Positions 50,926 through 59,494 of a stretch of 64,000 bases of DNA are shown here, piece after piece; position 1 is the first letter of the stretch; each line of letters begins with the position of its first letter. A program made the position numbers and the translations under genes. Under the pieces are notes generated by a model, which did no database searches, was not told the origin of the DNA, and saw nothing but the letters and a program-made list of their open reading frames with translations. The stretch is taken from assembly GCA_016926175.1 (NCBI GenBank), contig JAFGPA010000024.1:279-64278 (forward strand). The letters run 5' to 3'. Source of the DNA: Candidatus Micrarchaeota archaeon. GTDB taxonomy: Archaea > Micrarchaeota > Micrarchaeia > Anstonellales > Bilamarchaeaceae.

Positions 50926-51306
50926 TTAGGCAACTGAGAAGTCACAGCCAGTGCCTCCTGTTCCTCCTCCCAGTATCATTCCAATTATCCAGGGTACCAG
51001 GATATAGATGATTGCAGCGATAACAGCACCGGTGAGCATTGCGGTTGCCCAGACAGAAGCTCTTGCCCTTGTTTCAGCACCCATAATCTGTCCGATTGCA
51101 TATATCGCACCGGCGAGAATAATCATAAGAATGATGCCAGTTCCCAATATCTGAAGGCTCAAGACGCACAATGCACTGAGAGCACTTGTAATTCCCGCTC
51201 CTCCAGTAGCAGCAAACACTACCGGAAGTAAATTCATTACCAATATTACTGCAAGGAAGTATTTTCCAACATCATTCGCCTTTTTCATAACACTAAATAT
51301 GTTCAT
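50926..51306 (-). CDS. TrbC/VirB2-like pilin
   Basis: Signal peptide (VFA|A), two hydrophobic helices around GAETRARA..WA; AGGTGG SD; T-tract downstream. Confidence 0.6.
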   Translation of the reverse strand: MNIFSVMKKANDVGKYFLAVILVMNLLPVVFAATGGAGITSALSALCVLSLQILGTGIILMIILAGAIYAIGQIMGAETRARASVWATAMLTGAVIAAIIYILVPWIIGMILGGGTGGTGCDFSVA

Positions 51307-51385
51307 ATAAATGTCCACCTTTTTGGTTTGTGTGTTTTCTCTGTCAAATAAACTTTAAAAAGGTTTCTTTAGGTGTTAAGGTAAG

Positions 51386-52801
51386 ATGAAAGTTCCTGCT
51401 TTTGACGATAAGAGAATGATAATACTACTAGCGCTTGTTTATCTTCTAATCCGTTTGCCTCTGCTTAACTACCTTCCTTTCATCAGGGACGAGGCGCTTT
51501 ACGCTGTAATGATCACGGAGCAGATAAATCATCCAACCCTGATACCGACATTTTTTGGTTATCCTGTAAGCTGGAAGCCCCCCCTTTTCTTCTGGACCTA
51601 CTCCATTCTTACCCAAATCTCCCTTCCGGCTGAAGCTGCATTCAGGCTGCCATCATTGCTTTTCGGCCTTTTCACAATCCCCATCCTGTTCAGGATATTC
51701 AGGAATGTTGGCATAAGCAGGAACCTTACTTTCTTTTCCCTGATCATCTTTATGGTTTCCTATGTTTCATCTTATTCAAATGCCGCCCTGCTTCTGGATT
51801 CCGAGCTTTTCTTTTTCATCTCTCTTTCACTGCTTTTCTATACTGAAAAAACCCCGGGAAAATGGAAATTCCTTTTTGCAGGCATTTTTGCAGCACTGGC
51901 ATTCTTCACAAAACTTGCCGTCGCATTTATCATACCGGTTCTTGCAGTTGCATATTATCATGAAAGAAAATCACTGAAAAATCCATGGTTTCTTTTGTCC
52001 CTTTTTTCAATTCCCATCTCAGCACTGATATTATCCAGCATCTTTAGCACTCTCAGCAATGAAATGTACATTGAATATACCCTGGGCCTTCTCTTTTCAT
52101 TCCGGGGTGCGGTTGATCAGCTCCAGTCGCTGACAGGATCCCTCCAGCTTCTTCTTTTCGGCTCCGGCATCTGGTTTGCCCTTTCATTATTCGGATTCTG
52201 GAAGCACTGGAAAGAAAACCTGTTCATGTCTGTCTGGTATCTATTGTCCTTCTTCCCCATACTTGCAGGAAACTACATGCCCTGGTATTATCTTCCGGTG
52301 TTCCCTGCCATAGCATATTTTGCCTCCCTGCTGCTGGTTATGCACAATGGCAAAGAGGCCATTGACAAATTCTTTGCGATAATCTTTTCCATATTCCTGG
52401 TTGCTTCCCTTGCCACAATTGCTTTTCTTTACTACAATCTCAACGAAGAATACACTGCCCAGAAAAATGCAGGTTTGCTTGTTTCGGGAAATGTCCTGAT
52501 AATCGGAGACTATGCCCCGACAATCCTGCCGTATCTTCAGGAAAAGGATTTTGGCTGGATCCTTGCGCACAACCAGGCCACACCGGAACTTATCAGTGAT
52601 TTTGTTGATGATTACCATAGTTGCAAGTATGATGTCACTGACGGCTCATTTTCCCCAATGTTTCACCGGCCTGATGCCATTTACCGCAAGGATACAGGTA
52701 TCTCATCCTTCGACTATCTTATATTAAGCGGAAACCAGACATATGATGCTGAACTGATTTATGATCGCTCCGGCATCCGTGTCTACTCTCTGGAAGATTG
52801 A
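51386..52801 (+). CDS. GT-C glycosyltransferase (ArnT/PMT, GT39/GT83-like)
   Basis: DEALY, KPPLFFW, RLPSLLFG, FFTK; many TM helices. Confidence 0.85.
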   Translation: MKVPAFDDKRMIILLALVYLLIRLPLLNYLPFIRDEALYAVMITEQINHPTLIPTFFGYPVSWKPPLFFWTYSILTQISLPAEAAFRLPSLLFGLFTIPILFRIFRNVGISRNLTFFSLIIFMVSYVSSYSNAALLLDSELFFFISLSLLFYTEKTPGKWKFLFAGIFAALAFFTKLAVAFIIPVLAVAYYHERKSLKNPWFLLSLFSIPISALILSSIFSTLSNEMYIEYTLGLLFSFRGAVDQLQSLTGSLQLLLFGSGIWFALSLFGFWKHWKENLFMSVWYLLSFFPILAGNYMPWYYLPVFPAIAYFASLLLVMHNGKEAIDKFFAIIFSIFLVASLATIAFLYYNLNEEYTAQKNAGLLVSGNVLIIGDYAPTILPYLQEKDFGWILAHNQATPELISDFVDDYHSCKYDVTDGSFSPMFHRPDAIYRKDTGISSFDYLILSGNQTYDAELIYDRSGIRVYSLED

Positions 52802-52802
52802 T

Positions 52803-53500
52803 ATGAAATTCTACCAATGGAACGAAAAGATGTTCAAGAAATACAACAATGCCAGGCTTTACAGGCATCCAAACCCGCTGATCCGCTATACTGAAAACAA
52901 AAGAATCTCAATAATTGCAGGTTCGGTTTCAGGACTTGAAAAAATAGTTGATGTGGGCTGCGGGGAGGGCTATCTCCTGAACAGAATAAATGCAGTCGGG
53001 GTTGACATTTCTGATACTGCACTGAAAAGATGCCCGAAAGACAAAATTCTTGTCAGGGCAAATGCTGAGAACCTTCCTTTTTCAGACGGCTATTTGATGC
53101 CGCAGTATGCACTGAAGTGATAGAACACACTGAAAATCCAAAGAAAGTTGTTTCGGAAATTTCCAGAATTGTGAAACCTGCAGGAAGGATTGTAATTACC
53201 GTGCCCAACGAATCCCTCATCAATAATGTCAAGGACATTGTCTGGAAGCTTGGCCTTTTTGACCTTATTTTCCCCGGCATTCCAAGAAGGCAGAATGACG
53301 AATGGCATCTTCATTCATTCGATCTGAAAATGCTGAAAGACGCCTGCAATTCCCTTGAAATTGAAAAAATTCTTTCTGTCCCTTTTTTCTTTTTGCCAAT
53401 AAGGTATATTGCGATCTGCAAAAACAAAAAGCATGGAAGAATATCCGAAGAAATGTTCTCAAGAAAACCCAGAAAAAAGGAATATCTTGATGATCTTTAA
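52803..53500 (+). pseudogene. Class I SAM-dependent methyltransferase with a frameshift near 53094
   Basis: VDVGCGEG, GVDIS and AENLPFSDGY in one frame; DAAVCTEVIEH...ITVPN in another; one T missing in TATTTGAT. Confidence 0.85.
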
Positions 53501-53524
53501 ATCCTATCAGATAATCTAATTCCG

Positions 53525-54187
53525 ATGATCACAATTATTCTGCCGGTTCACAACGAGGCAAAAACCCTCAGGGCAAATGTCGGGATGCTGAAAAATTTCC
53601 TTAAAAAGGATTATGAAATAATACTGGCCGAAGATGGCAGTACCGATGGCAGCGCCATAATTGCAAAGCAGATTCCGGGCACCCTGTTGATCACCTCAAA
53701 GGAAAAGCTTGGACGCGGCCTGGCACTGTCCAATGCAATAAAGCAGGCCAAGGGCGAAACAATAGTCTATATGGACGCTGATCTTGCAACAGGGCTTTCC
53801 CATATAAATGATCTGCTGAAATGTGATGCCGATATTGTAACCGGCTCAAGGCTTCTGTCCGGCTCAGTTGTGACATGCCGGAGCATCACCCGTGAATTCT
53901 TCAGCAGGGGCTACAACCTGTTGGTCAGAATTCTATTCAATTCCAAAGTTATGGATCATCAGTGCGGCTTCAAGGCATTCAAAAAATCAGTTCTGCCTTT
54001 GCTGGACGAGATTCAGGATCATCACTGGTTCTGGGACAGCGAACTGCTAATAAGGGCACAAAGGAAAGGCCTTACAATAAAAGAAATACCGGTAAAATGG
54101 ATGGACAGGAAAAACAGCAAAGTCAAACTCCACAATGATATCATCTACATGGGCCTGGCTGCCATCCGGCTCCGCTTCACTATATAG
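53525..54187 (+). CDS. GT2 polyprenol-phosphate glycosyltransferase
   Basis: LPVHNE, EDGSTDGS, MDADL, GSR, DHQCGFKAF, WFWD.ELL. Confidence 0.92.
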   Translation: MITIILPVHNEAKTLRANVGMLKNFLKKDYEIILAEDGSTDGSAIIAKQIPGTLLITSKEKLGRGLALSNAIKQAKGETIVYMDADLATGLSHINDLLKCDADIVTGSRLLSGSVVTCRSITREFFSRGYNLLVRILFNSKVMDHQCGFKAFKKSVLPLLDEIQDHHWFWDSELLIRAQRKGLTIKEIPVKWMDRKNSKVKLHNDIIYMGLAAIRLRFTI

Positions 54188-55074
54188 TCAAGCCCCACCT
54201 GGACAAAATACAGGATTATCATACCTGCCATGGCCATCACTGCCGCTTCCAGCGCTCCGAATGAAAGCGGGAACTTTTCATACCCGCTGAAAATAGCATA
54301 GAATGTCAGCGGTATTGTAAGAACAACCCACTTAAGCACCCAGTAGTACAAGGGCCTTTTCCCGATATATTCAAGCTGTTCTATCCTGACATTTCTTATA
54401 AGGTAGTATGCTGCAAGCGAAAAGAATATCGACAATGCCATGAATGACGGGCTTGCAACCATCTTGTAGGGCGGAATTATGGCCAGCAGGGGAATGGCAA
54501 CCAGCAAAGAGGGCAGGATAAGCCTTTCCATCCTGTTTATGTTCCTTGCTGTGATTGCCCCTGCAAGCATCACAGGAAGGTAGAACACCGCGGCCTGATA
54601 GCCACCAAGATAATATAATGAGAAATCCGGAAGCATTGACATGCCCCCCAGGATCAGGTAAAGCGCCATTATCCCTATCGATATGGCCGCCAGCACCCTG
54701 TCAGAATATCCTGTCAAAAACAATGTCGGCACAAACAGCACAACAGACATCATCACCTCATCCATTCCACCTATCTGACCGACAGAAAAAGGGGTGATGA
54801 ATATGGATATGAGAACCAGCTTTCCGAACCTTTCCGCAATATCCAGAAAGTATTCCGTTCTTTTCAGCTTCTTTCTTTTTTTTGCATAGAAAACAAGGGA
54901 CATCCCAGATGCAAACAAAAACATCGGAAGAACGAAATCCCCGGCATGCAGCGATTGTTCAGCATTGTGCAACAGAAAATCCGGAAGCTTATCGCTCAGC
55001 CTTATTGTCAGCGAGAAGAATACCATCAGCACAATGCTCAAGCCGCGAAAAAGATCGATTCCCCTGATTCTCAT
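54145..55074 (-). CDS. Membrane acyltransferase, HGSNAT/DUF1624-like
   Basis: RI.GIDLFRGL.I.LM, conserved H, D.V.P.FLF..GMS. Confidence 0.8.
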   Translation of the reverse strand: MRIRGIDLFRGLSIVLMVFFSLTIRLSDKLPDFLLHNAEQSLHAGDFVLPMFLFASGMSLVFYAKKRKKLKRTEYFLDIAERFGKLVLISIFITPFSVGQIGGMDEVMMSVVLFVPTLFLTGYSDRVLAAISIGIMALYLILGGMSMLPDFSLYYLGGYQAAVFYLPVMLAGAITARNINRMERLILPSLLVAIPLLAIIPPYKMVASPSFMALSIFFSLAAYYLIRNVRIEQLEYIGKRPLYYWVLKWVVLTIPLTFYAIFSGYEKFPLSFGALEAAVMAMAGMIILYFVQVGLDYIVKRSRMAARPM

Positions 55075-55152
55075 TGGTTGAAATTATTGTGGAATGGTTA
55101 TAAATATGACAATTCTATTTTATGCCGAACAGATAAAGGAGCATCAAGGAAA

Positions 55153-55905
55153 ATGAAGATTTTTTTCAACAAAACCGTCCATGAAAATGCAGCCTACTAC
55201 TACGAGCTGGCAAAGAAGACCCGCGAAAAGATCAGGGGACTTCAGGAAGCAATAGAAGAAACCAAAAAAGAAATGAAAAAGGCCGAAAAAATACAAAAAA
55301 AGGAAGTCCGCATCAAGAAGCAGAAGGAATGGTTCGAAAAGTTCCATCATTCCTATACATCCTCGGGCATGCTGATGATAGGCGGGAGGAACGCCCAGCA
55401 GAATGACATGGTGGTTTCTAAGTACATGGAGGACAGTGACCTGTTCTTCCATGCCGACATCCAGGGAGGCTCTGTGGTTGTATTGAAGGGCGGCACCAAT
55501 GCCACAGACAGCGAACTGGAAGAGGCAGCGCAGTTTGCCGCCTCGTTTTCCAAGGCATGGGCAAATGCCAATGCAGGCGTTGATGTCTATGCTGTCAAAA
55601 AAGAGCAGCTGTCAAAAAAAGAGGCAGGGGGATTTGTGCCCACAGGCGCATTCGCAATTCATGGTGAGAGAAAATGGTTCAAAAATACAAGGCTTGCCCT
55701 GAAGATCGGCATCTCTTCTGCAGGCCTTTCACTGTTTCCGGAAAAAACACAGCAAAAACTACAAAAACCCCTTATTCTGGTGCCTGCCAAGACAGGAAAA
55801 GAAAAAGGATCCCTGGCAAAATCGCTTGCAAAGCGCTATTCAGCGCATCCCGATGATTTCCTGGAAATCCTTCCAAACGGAAAATCCAGAACCATTTCAG
55901 AATAA
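55153..55905 (+). CDS. NFACT-R domain protein (truncated Rqc2/NEMF homolog)
   Basis: ENA..YY..AKK, WFEKF, IGGRNAQQND, FFHADIQG, GAF.I.GER; NFACT-N and HhH absent. Confidence 0.88.
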   Translation: MKIFFNKTVHENAAYYYELAKKTREKIRGLQEAIEETKKEMKKAEKIQKKEVRIKKQKEWFEKFHHSYTSSGMLMIGGRNAQQNDMVVSKYMEDSDLFFHADIQGGSVVVLKGGTNATDSELEEAAQFAASFSKAWANANAGVDVYAVKKEQLSKKEAGGFVPTGAFAIHGERKWFKNTRLALKIGISSAGLSLFPEKTQQKLQKPLILVPAKTGKEKGSLAKSLAKRYSAHPDDFLEILPNGKSRTISE

Positions 55906-55947
55906 TTCGTGGGAGTTAATAGCTCTTCGAGAAAGATTAGCATAAAG

Positions 55948-55960
55948 TTTATATATATTA
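55948..55960 (+). promoter_or_regulatory. TATA box of the surface-protein operon
   Basis: GTTTATATATATT after a purine-rich BRE-like stretch; AGGTGA SD before ATG 56008. Confidence 0.7.
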
Positions 55961-56007
55961 CCTTTGCATTTCTCTCTGAGGAAAATCCTCTCTTAGGTGA
56001 TATAAAA

Positions 56008-56682
56008 ATGAATTGGAAAACATTGTTTACAATATTTGGCGCTTTAATAATAAGCGCAGGATTAGTAGCCGCAATTACTGGTGCTACTATTGATGCAACC
56101 CCCTCTACAAATCCAAGATGGACTGCTAGTTCAGGTGCAAACGACAGTTTAATTGCAGGTGATGTTAAAAACGCAAACATCAGCTCAAGTTCTCTTACTG
56201 ACAAGTGGGCATCCTACTATGGTCAGGTAAGCGGTAGCATCGTATTGGCTGATGCCTCATCAAAAGTATATACGTGGGGTGTCGGAGCAGCAAATGCAGG
56301 TGAAGTCTGCCTTTCACAGAATACATCCTATGACTTTACTGGTGCACAGGCTGGTTCAGCATCCACAGCAGCAAACACCGCTTGGGGTTATGGTTCTGCA
56401 ACAGACAGCATAAATGCAACCTACACTGGTACTGCAGGTTCCATTACACTTAATAGTCCTGTAGGAACCATCAGCAACCTTGCCAACGTTACGCTTATAA
56501 ACGGCTTTGTTGATGTTATTCTCGGCAACACTGCAAGTTCTGCAAAATCAGACTTTGCATTCTGTACCAACATCAACCCATCAGGTGTGGCAGTTGGAGG
56601 CGTTGCAGCAGACTATGAGATTATGGTTCCAGTTGATGGAAACGCAGCAGAGACCTACGCATTCTTCGTAGAGCTCAACTAA
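56008..56682 (+). CDS. Secreted beta-rich protein, candidate major filament/surface subunit
   Basis: Signal peptide; A/G/S/T/N-rich; no anchor; ends in a beta-strand YAFFVELN. Confidence 0.75.
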   Translation: MNWKTLFTIFGALIISAGLVAAITGATIDATPSTNPRWTASSGANDSLIAGDVKNANISSSSLTDKWASYYGQVSGSIVLADASSKVYTWGVGAANAGEVCLSQNTSYDFTGAQAGSASTAANTAWGYGSATDSINATYTGTAGSITLNSPVGTISNLANVTLINGFVDVILGNTASSAKSDFAFCTNINPSGVAVGGVAADYEIMVPVDGNAAETYAFFVELN

Positions 56683-56691
56683 TCTCGTAAA

Positions 56692-56714
56692 TTTTTTTTC
56701 TTTTATTTTATTTT
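56692..56714 (+). terminator. T-rich terminator/attenuator after the subunit gene
   Basis: Long T tract right after the stop codon. Confidence 0.6.
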
Positions 56715-56744
56715 CGTCAGGGAAGGTCGAAAAATCGGGAGGTC

Positions 56745-58481
56745 GTGAAAATGAGAAAAATTGCCATCATTATGCTCATGCTGTTAGCGTTTTCTTATGC
56801 TGAAAATTTTGTTGCTGTTAATTCCATGGACGGAAGGGATGTTCTTTCAGGCATTTACTATGCGGGGGTTAAGGGCTATCCAGTGCAATTTATGACTCCC
56901 AATGCTGTAAATGAAGTATTCCTGGCAAAGGTTGGCAAAGACAAAGAAATTTTGCTAATCCAATCAGGCAATTTGCCTATCAGCACATTTATTGAAAATG
57001 AATTGAAAAAAGAGAATACTGTAGAGCTATATGCATCTACAGAAGGAGGCTCAACCAATCTTGATCTTGCAAAAAGATCCGGGGCAAAGAGCTTCATTAT
57101 TGTTGATTCGGCATTCTCAGACAGCGCTGTTTCTGTTCTTCCATACGCTCAAAAAACAAAATCATATGTCATCTTTTCAAACAAGGAAAATGCAGCAGAA
57201 GTTGCAGATGCAGTTTCAGGAGCTGAAAAAATACTCATTTATGGCTATGTTGACCAGGCAGTCAAAGATGCTTTGGCTTCCCACAGTCCACAATATGTTG
57301 GCAGGGGAGAAGACAAGTTCGAAGACAATATAGCCATTGTTGATAAGACAATCAAGGAATTTGGCGGAGGCCGGGTTCTTTTTGCTGACGGCACTTATTT
57401 AGAAGAAAGCATGATCACTGCAAACAGTCCAATAATACTTATCGGAAGACTTGTTCCTACTGTAACTTATGATTATGTAAAATCCAAAGTCATATCCGGT
57501 GAAATTACCAACACTCTCCTCATGGGCCAGGGGCAGGTAACTCCGGTATATGATATGAGAGAAAGGATGAAATCCGAATTCGAAAAAGAAGGGGTGAACA
57601 AAACATTTGGAATAATAGTGAAATTTGCACAGGTCGTTCCATCCGAAAATACCGGAGCTCTCCTTCTCGACACATTCCCGCTGCCATCCTACAAGCCAAG
57701 CCTTGCGATCGGAGATGTATTCTACGACACGCTGGAGAAAAAAGTATATGTTTCTGTTGACAACGTCGGAGAAGGTGTTGCATTTTACACAGAAGAAGTG
57801 AGGATACAGGTGGATGGCGAAGACCATACAATACTTGGGGACAAGCAAATCAAATCAATAGAAAGAGGGGAGCAGATCCCAATTTCATACAGTTTCAACA
57901 TTGACAGCGTTCCTTCCGGAGAAGTAACCGCACTTGTAATCCTGAAATACGGATCATCCAAGAATTCTCTTGAAGAATTCGCAACAAAGGATACTCCACT
58001 TGCTTCAATCGAATACAAGGATGAGTCAAACGTGGTGGTCCAGAGTGCGAAATACTCGAATAACCTCCTTTCGGTTACCATGAGGAACAACGGTTCTGTG
58101 GATGCATATGAATTTGCAAAGGTTGAAATAATTCTTGATGGAGCGCCGGTAAAAATCAGTGCTCCAGGCACCAAAAAGATTGAGGCAGGATCCCTCCTGG
58201 TTGAACAATTCCCGCTGGAACTCAGCGAAGAAGACATTGCATCAAATGAAAACGTCACTGTAACGATTGACTATGGTGCAAGGCAGGGGTTCCTCATAAA
58301 GCATGCCGCATTTGTTGTGGCCCTTGCTGAAGAAAGCCCGGCAGGACTACCAATACCGCTTGAATACATTGTTCTGGCAATTGCAGTAATTGCAATTGCA
58401 GCCTACTTCCTGACAAAGAAAAAACCTGATGCTGGCACTGCCACTAAAAAACCTGATAAAGCAGCTAAAAAGAGGAAGTGA
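56745..58481 (+). CDS. Membrane-anchored surface protein with CWB2-like repeats and Ig-like domains
   Basis: Signal peptide; units such as FIIVDSAFSDSAVSVLPYA....YVIF; V.NVGEG and RNNGSV strands; C-terminal TM and Lys tail. Confidence 0.65.
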   Translation: MKMRKIAIIMLMLLAFSYAENFVAVNSMDGRDVLSGIYYAGVKGYPVQFMTPNAVNEVFLAKVGKDKEILLIQSGNLPISTFIENELKKENTVELYASTEGGSTNLDLAKRSGAKSFIIVDSAFSDSAVSVLPYAQKTKSYVIFSNKENAAEVADAVSGAEKILIYGYVDQAVKDALASHSPQYVGRGEDKFEDNIAIVDKTIKEFGGGRVLFADGTYLEESMITANSPIILIGRLVPTVTYDYVKSKVISGEITNTLLMGQGQVTPVYDMRERMKSEFEKEGVNKTFGIIVKFAQVVPSENTGALLLDTFPLPSYKPSLAIGDVFYDTLEKKVYVSVDNVGEGVAFYTEEVRIQVDGEDHTILGDKQIKSIERGEQIPISYSFNIDSVPSGEVTALVILKYGSSKNSLEEFATKDTPLASIEYKDESNVVVQSAKYSNNLLSVTMRNNGSVDAYEFAKVEIILDGAPVKISAPGTKKIEAGSLLVEQFPLELSEEDIASNENVTVTIDYGARQGFLIKHAAFVVALAEESPAGLPIPLEYIVLAIAVIAIAAYFLTKKKPDAGTATKKPDKAAKKRK

Positions 58482-59494
58482 AAACAGTGCGTTTAATCTT
58501 CCTCTTTTTCATATTGGTGAGTGCTGCATATGCCCAGGATGCAGCTATGGCAGGCAATATTACCGAGGCTAATATATCTGCCGGAAACACTACCTGGTTC
58601 GGCGTCTGTGGCCAGACAGCTTCAAATCCGGCATCTTCATTTTCCATCATTGCAGAGCCCGGGAAAATTTCATGCTTTGATGTGAACGTCGGTTCCTGCG
58701 AGAAAAACATAGTTTTCCTTAATCTGCTTTTTTCCCAGTCACCAGAAACCATAACCTCGCTGAAAAGAGGTAACATATCCCTTCTCAATTCATATATATC
58801 TGATCCGGGACAGGATGCTTCTGCAACACTTCCATTCTCATTAACGTACCAGACATCATTCGGAAATGTGATTGCCGTTCCAACCACATACACAAATGCG
58901 GCGATTCCTACGGCATTCAGGATGGGATATGTTCAGGATCAGAACAATAATATCGTAATAATCACACAAGTGGTAAAAGATCTCAAAGGATTCAATGGCT
59001 CCATGTTCGACTTCCAGGCCATGCTTCCCACAAACGGTTCAAATACTTCTTACTATGTAACCGTTGACCTTTCCTGTGCCCCCGTTGGCCCACGACCTTC
59101 CGGCGGCGGGGGCCCAGGAGGCGGCGGTGTAGGGACTCCAATATCCCAGCCGCCACCACAGAACATTACTGAACCTGAAGAGCCAAAGCCTGAAAAGCCT
59201 GAAATCTGCATACCTGAGATAGTATGCGGTGCATGGGGGCCATGCGATGAGGATGGCTACAGGTACCAGTCGTGTGAAGATCTGCATGGATGCAGCGAAA
59301 TAGAAATTTTCCATGTTGAAAAATGCCCGGAAGAACCACCTGCCCCTGGGCCTGAAGAACTGGAAGAACCTCTGATGCCCAGGCCACAGGAAGAAGAGCT
59401 CCCGTGTCTGTCTGCAGGTCTTCTACTGATCATAATATTAATTTTAATAGTACTATACAAGAGGAGGAAAAAGAAAAATGAGAGGACAGGCTGA
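58478..59494 (+). CDS. Membrane-anchored paralog of the 56008 domain with a G/P linker, Cys-rich module and C-terminal TM
   Basis: AGNITEANIS...W...GQ and DFQAMLP.NG....Y...VDL match the 56008 protein; CGAWGPC...C.D..GC module. Confidence 0.75.
   Translation: MKTVRLIFLFFILVSAAYAQDAAMAGNITEANISAGNTTWFGVCGQTASNPASSFSIIAEPGKISCFDVNVGSCEKNIVFLNLLFSQSPETITSLKRGNISLLNSYISDPGQDASATLPFSLTYQTSFGNVIAVPTTYTNAAIPTAFRMGYVQDQNNNIVIITQVVKDLKGFNGSMFDFQAMLPTNGSNTSYYVTVDLSCAPVGPRPSGGGGPGGGGVGTPISQPPPQNITEPEEPKPEKPEICIPEIVCGAWGPCDEDGYRYQSCEDLHGCSEIEIFHVEKCPEEPPAPGPEELEEPLMPRPQEEELPCLSAGLLLIIILILIVLYKRRKKKNERTG

Noticed and set aside
54946..55152. N-terminal extension of the NFACT ORF
   Set aside because: It overlaps the divergent acyltransferase; ATG 55153 has a TATA-like box upstream
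55909..56007. Longer start for the secreted subunit
   Set aside because: The extension spans the TATA box and SD; the signal peptide begins at ATG 56008
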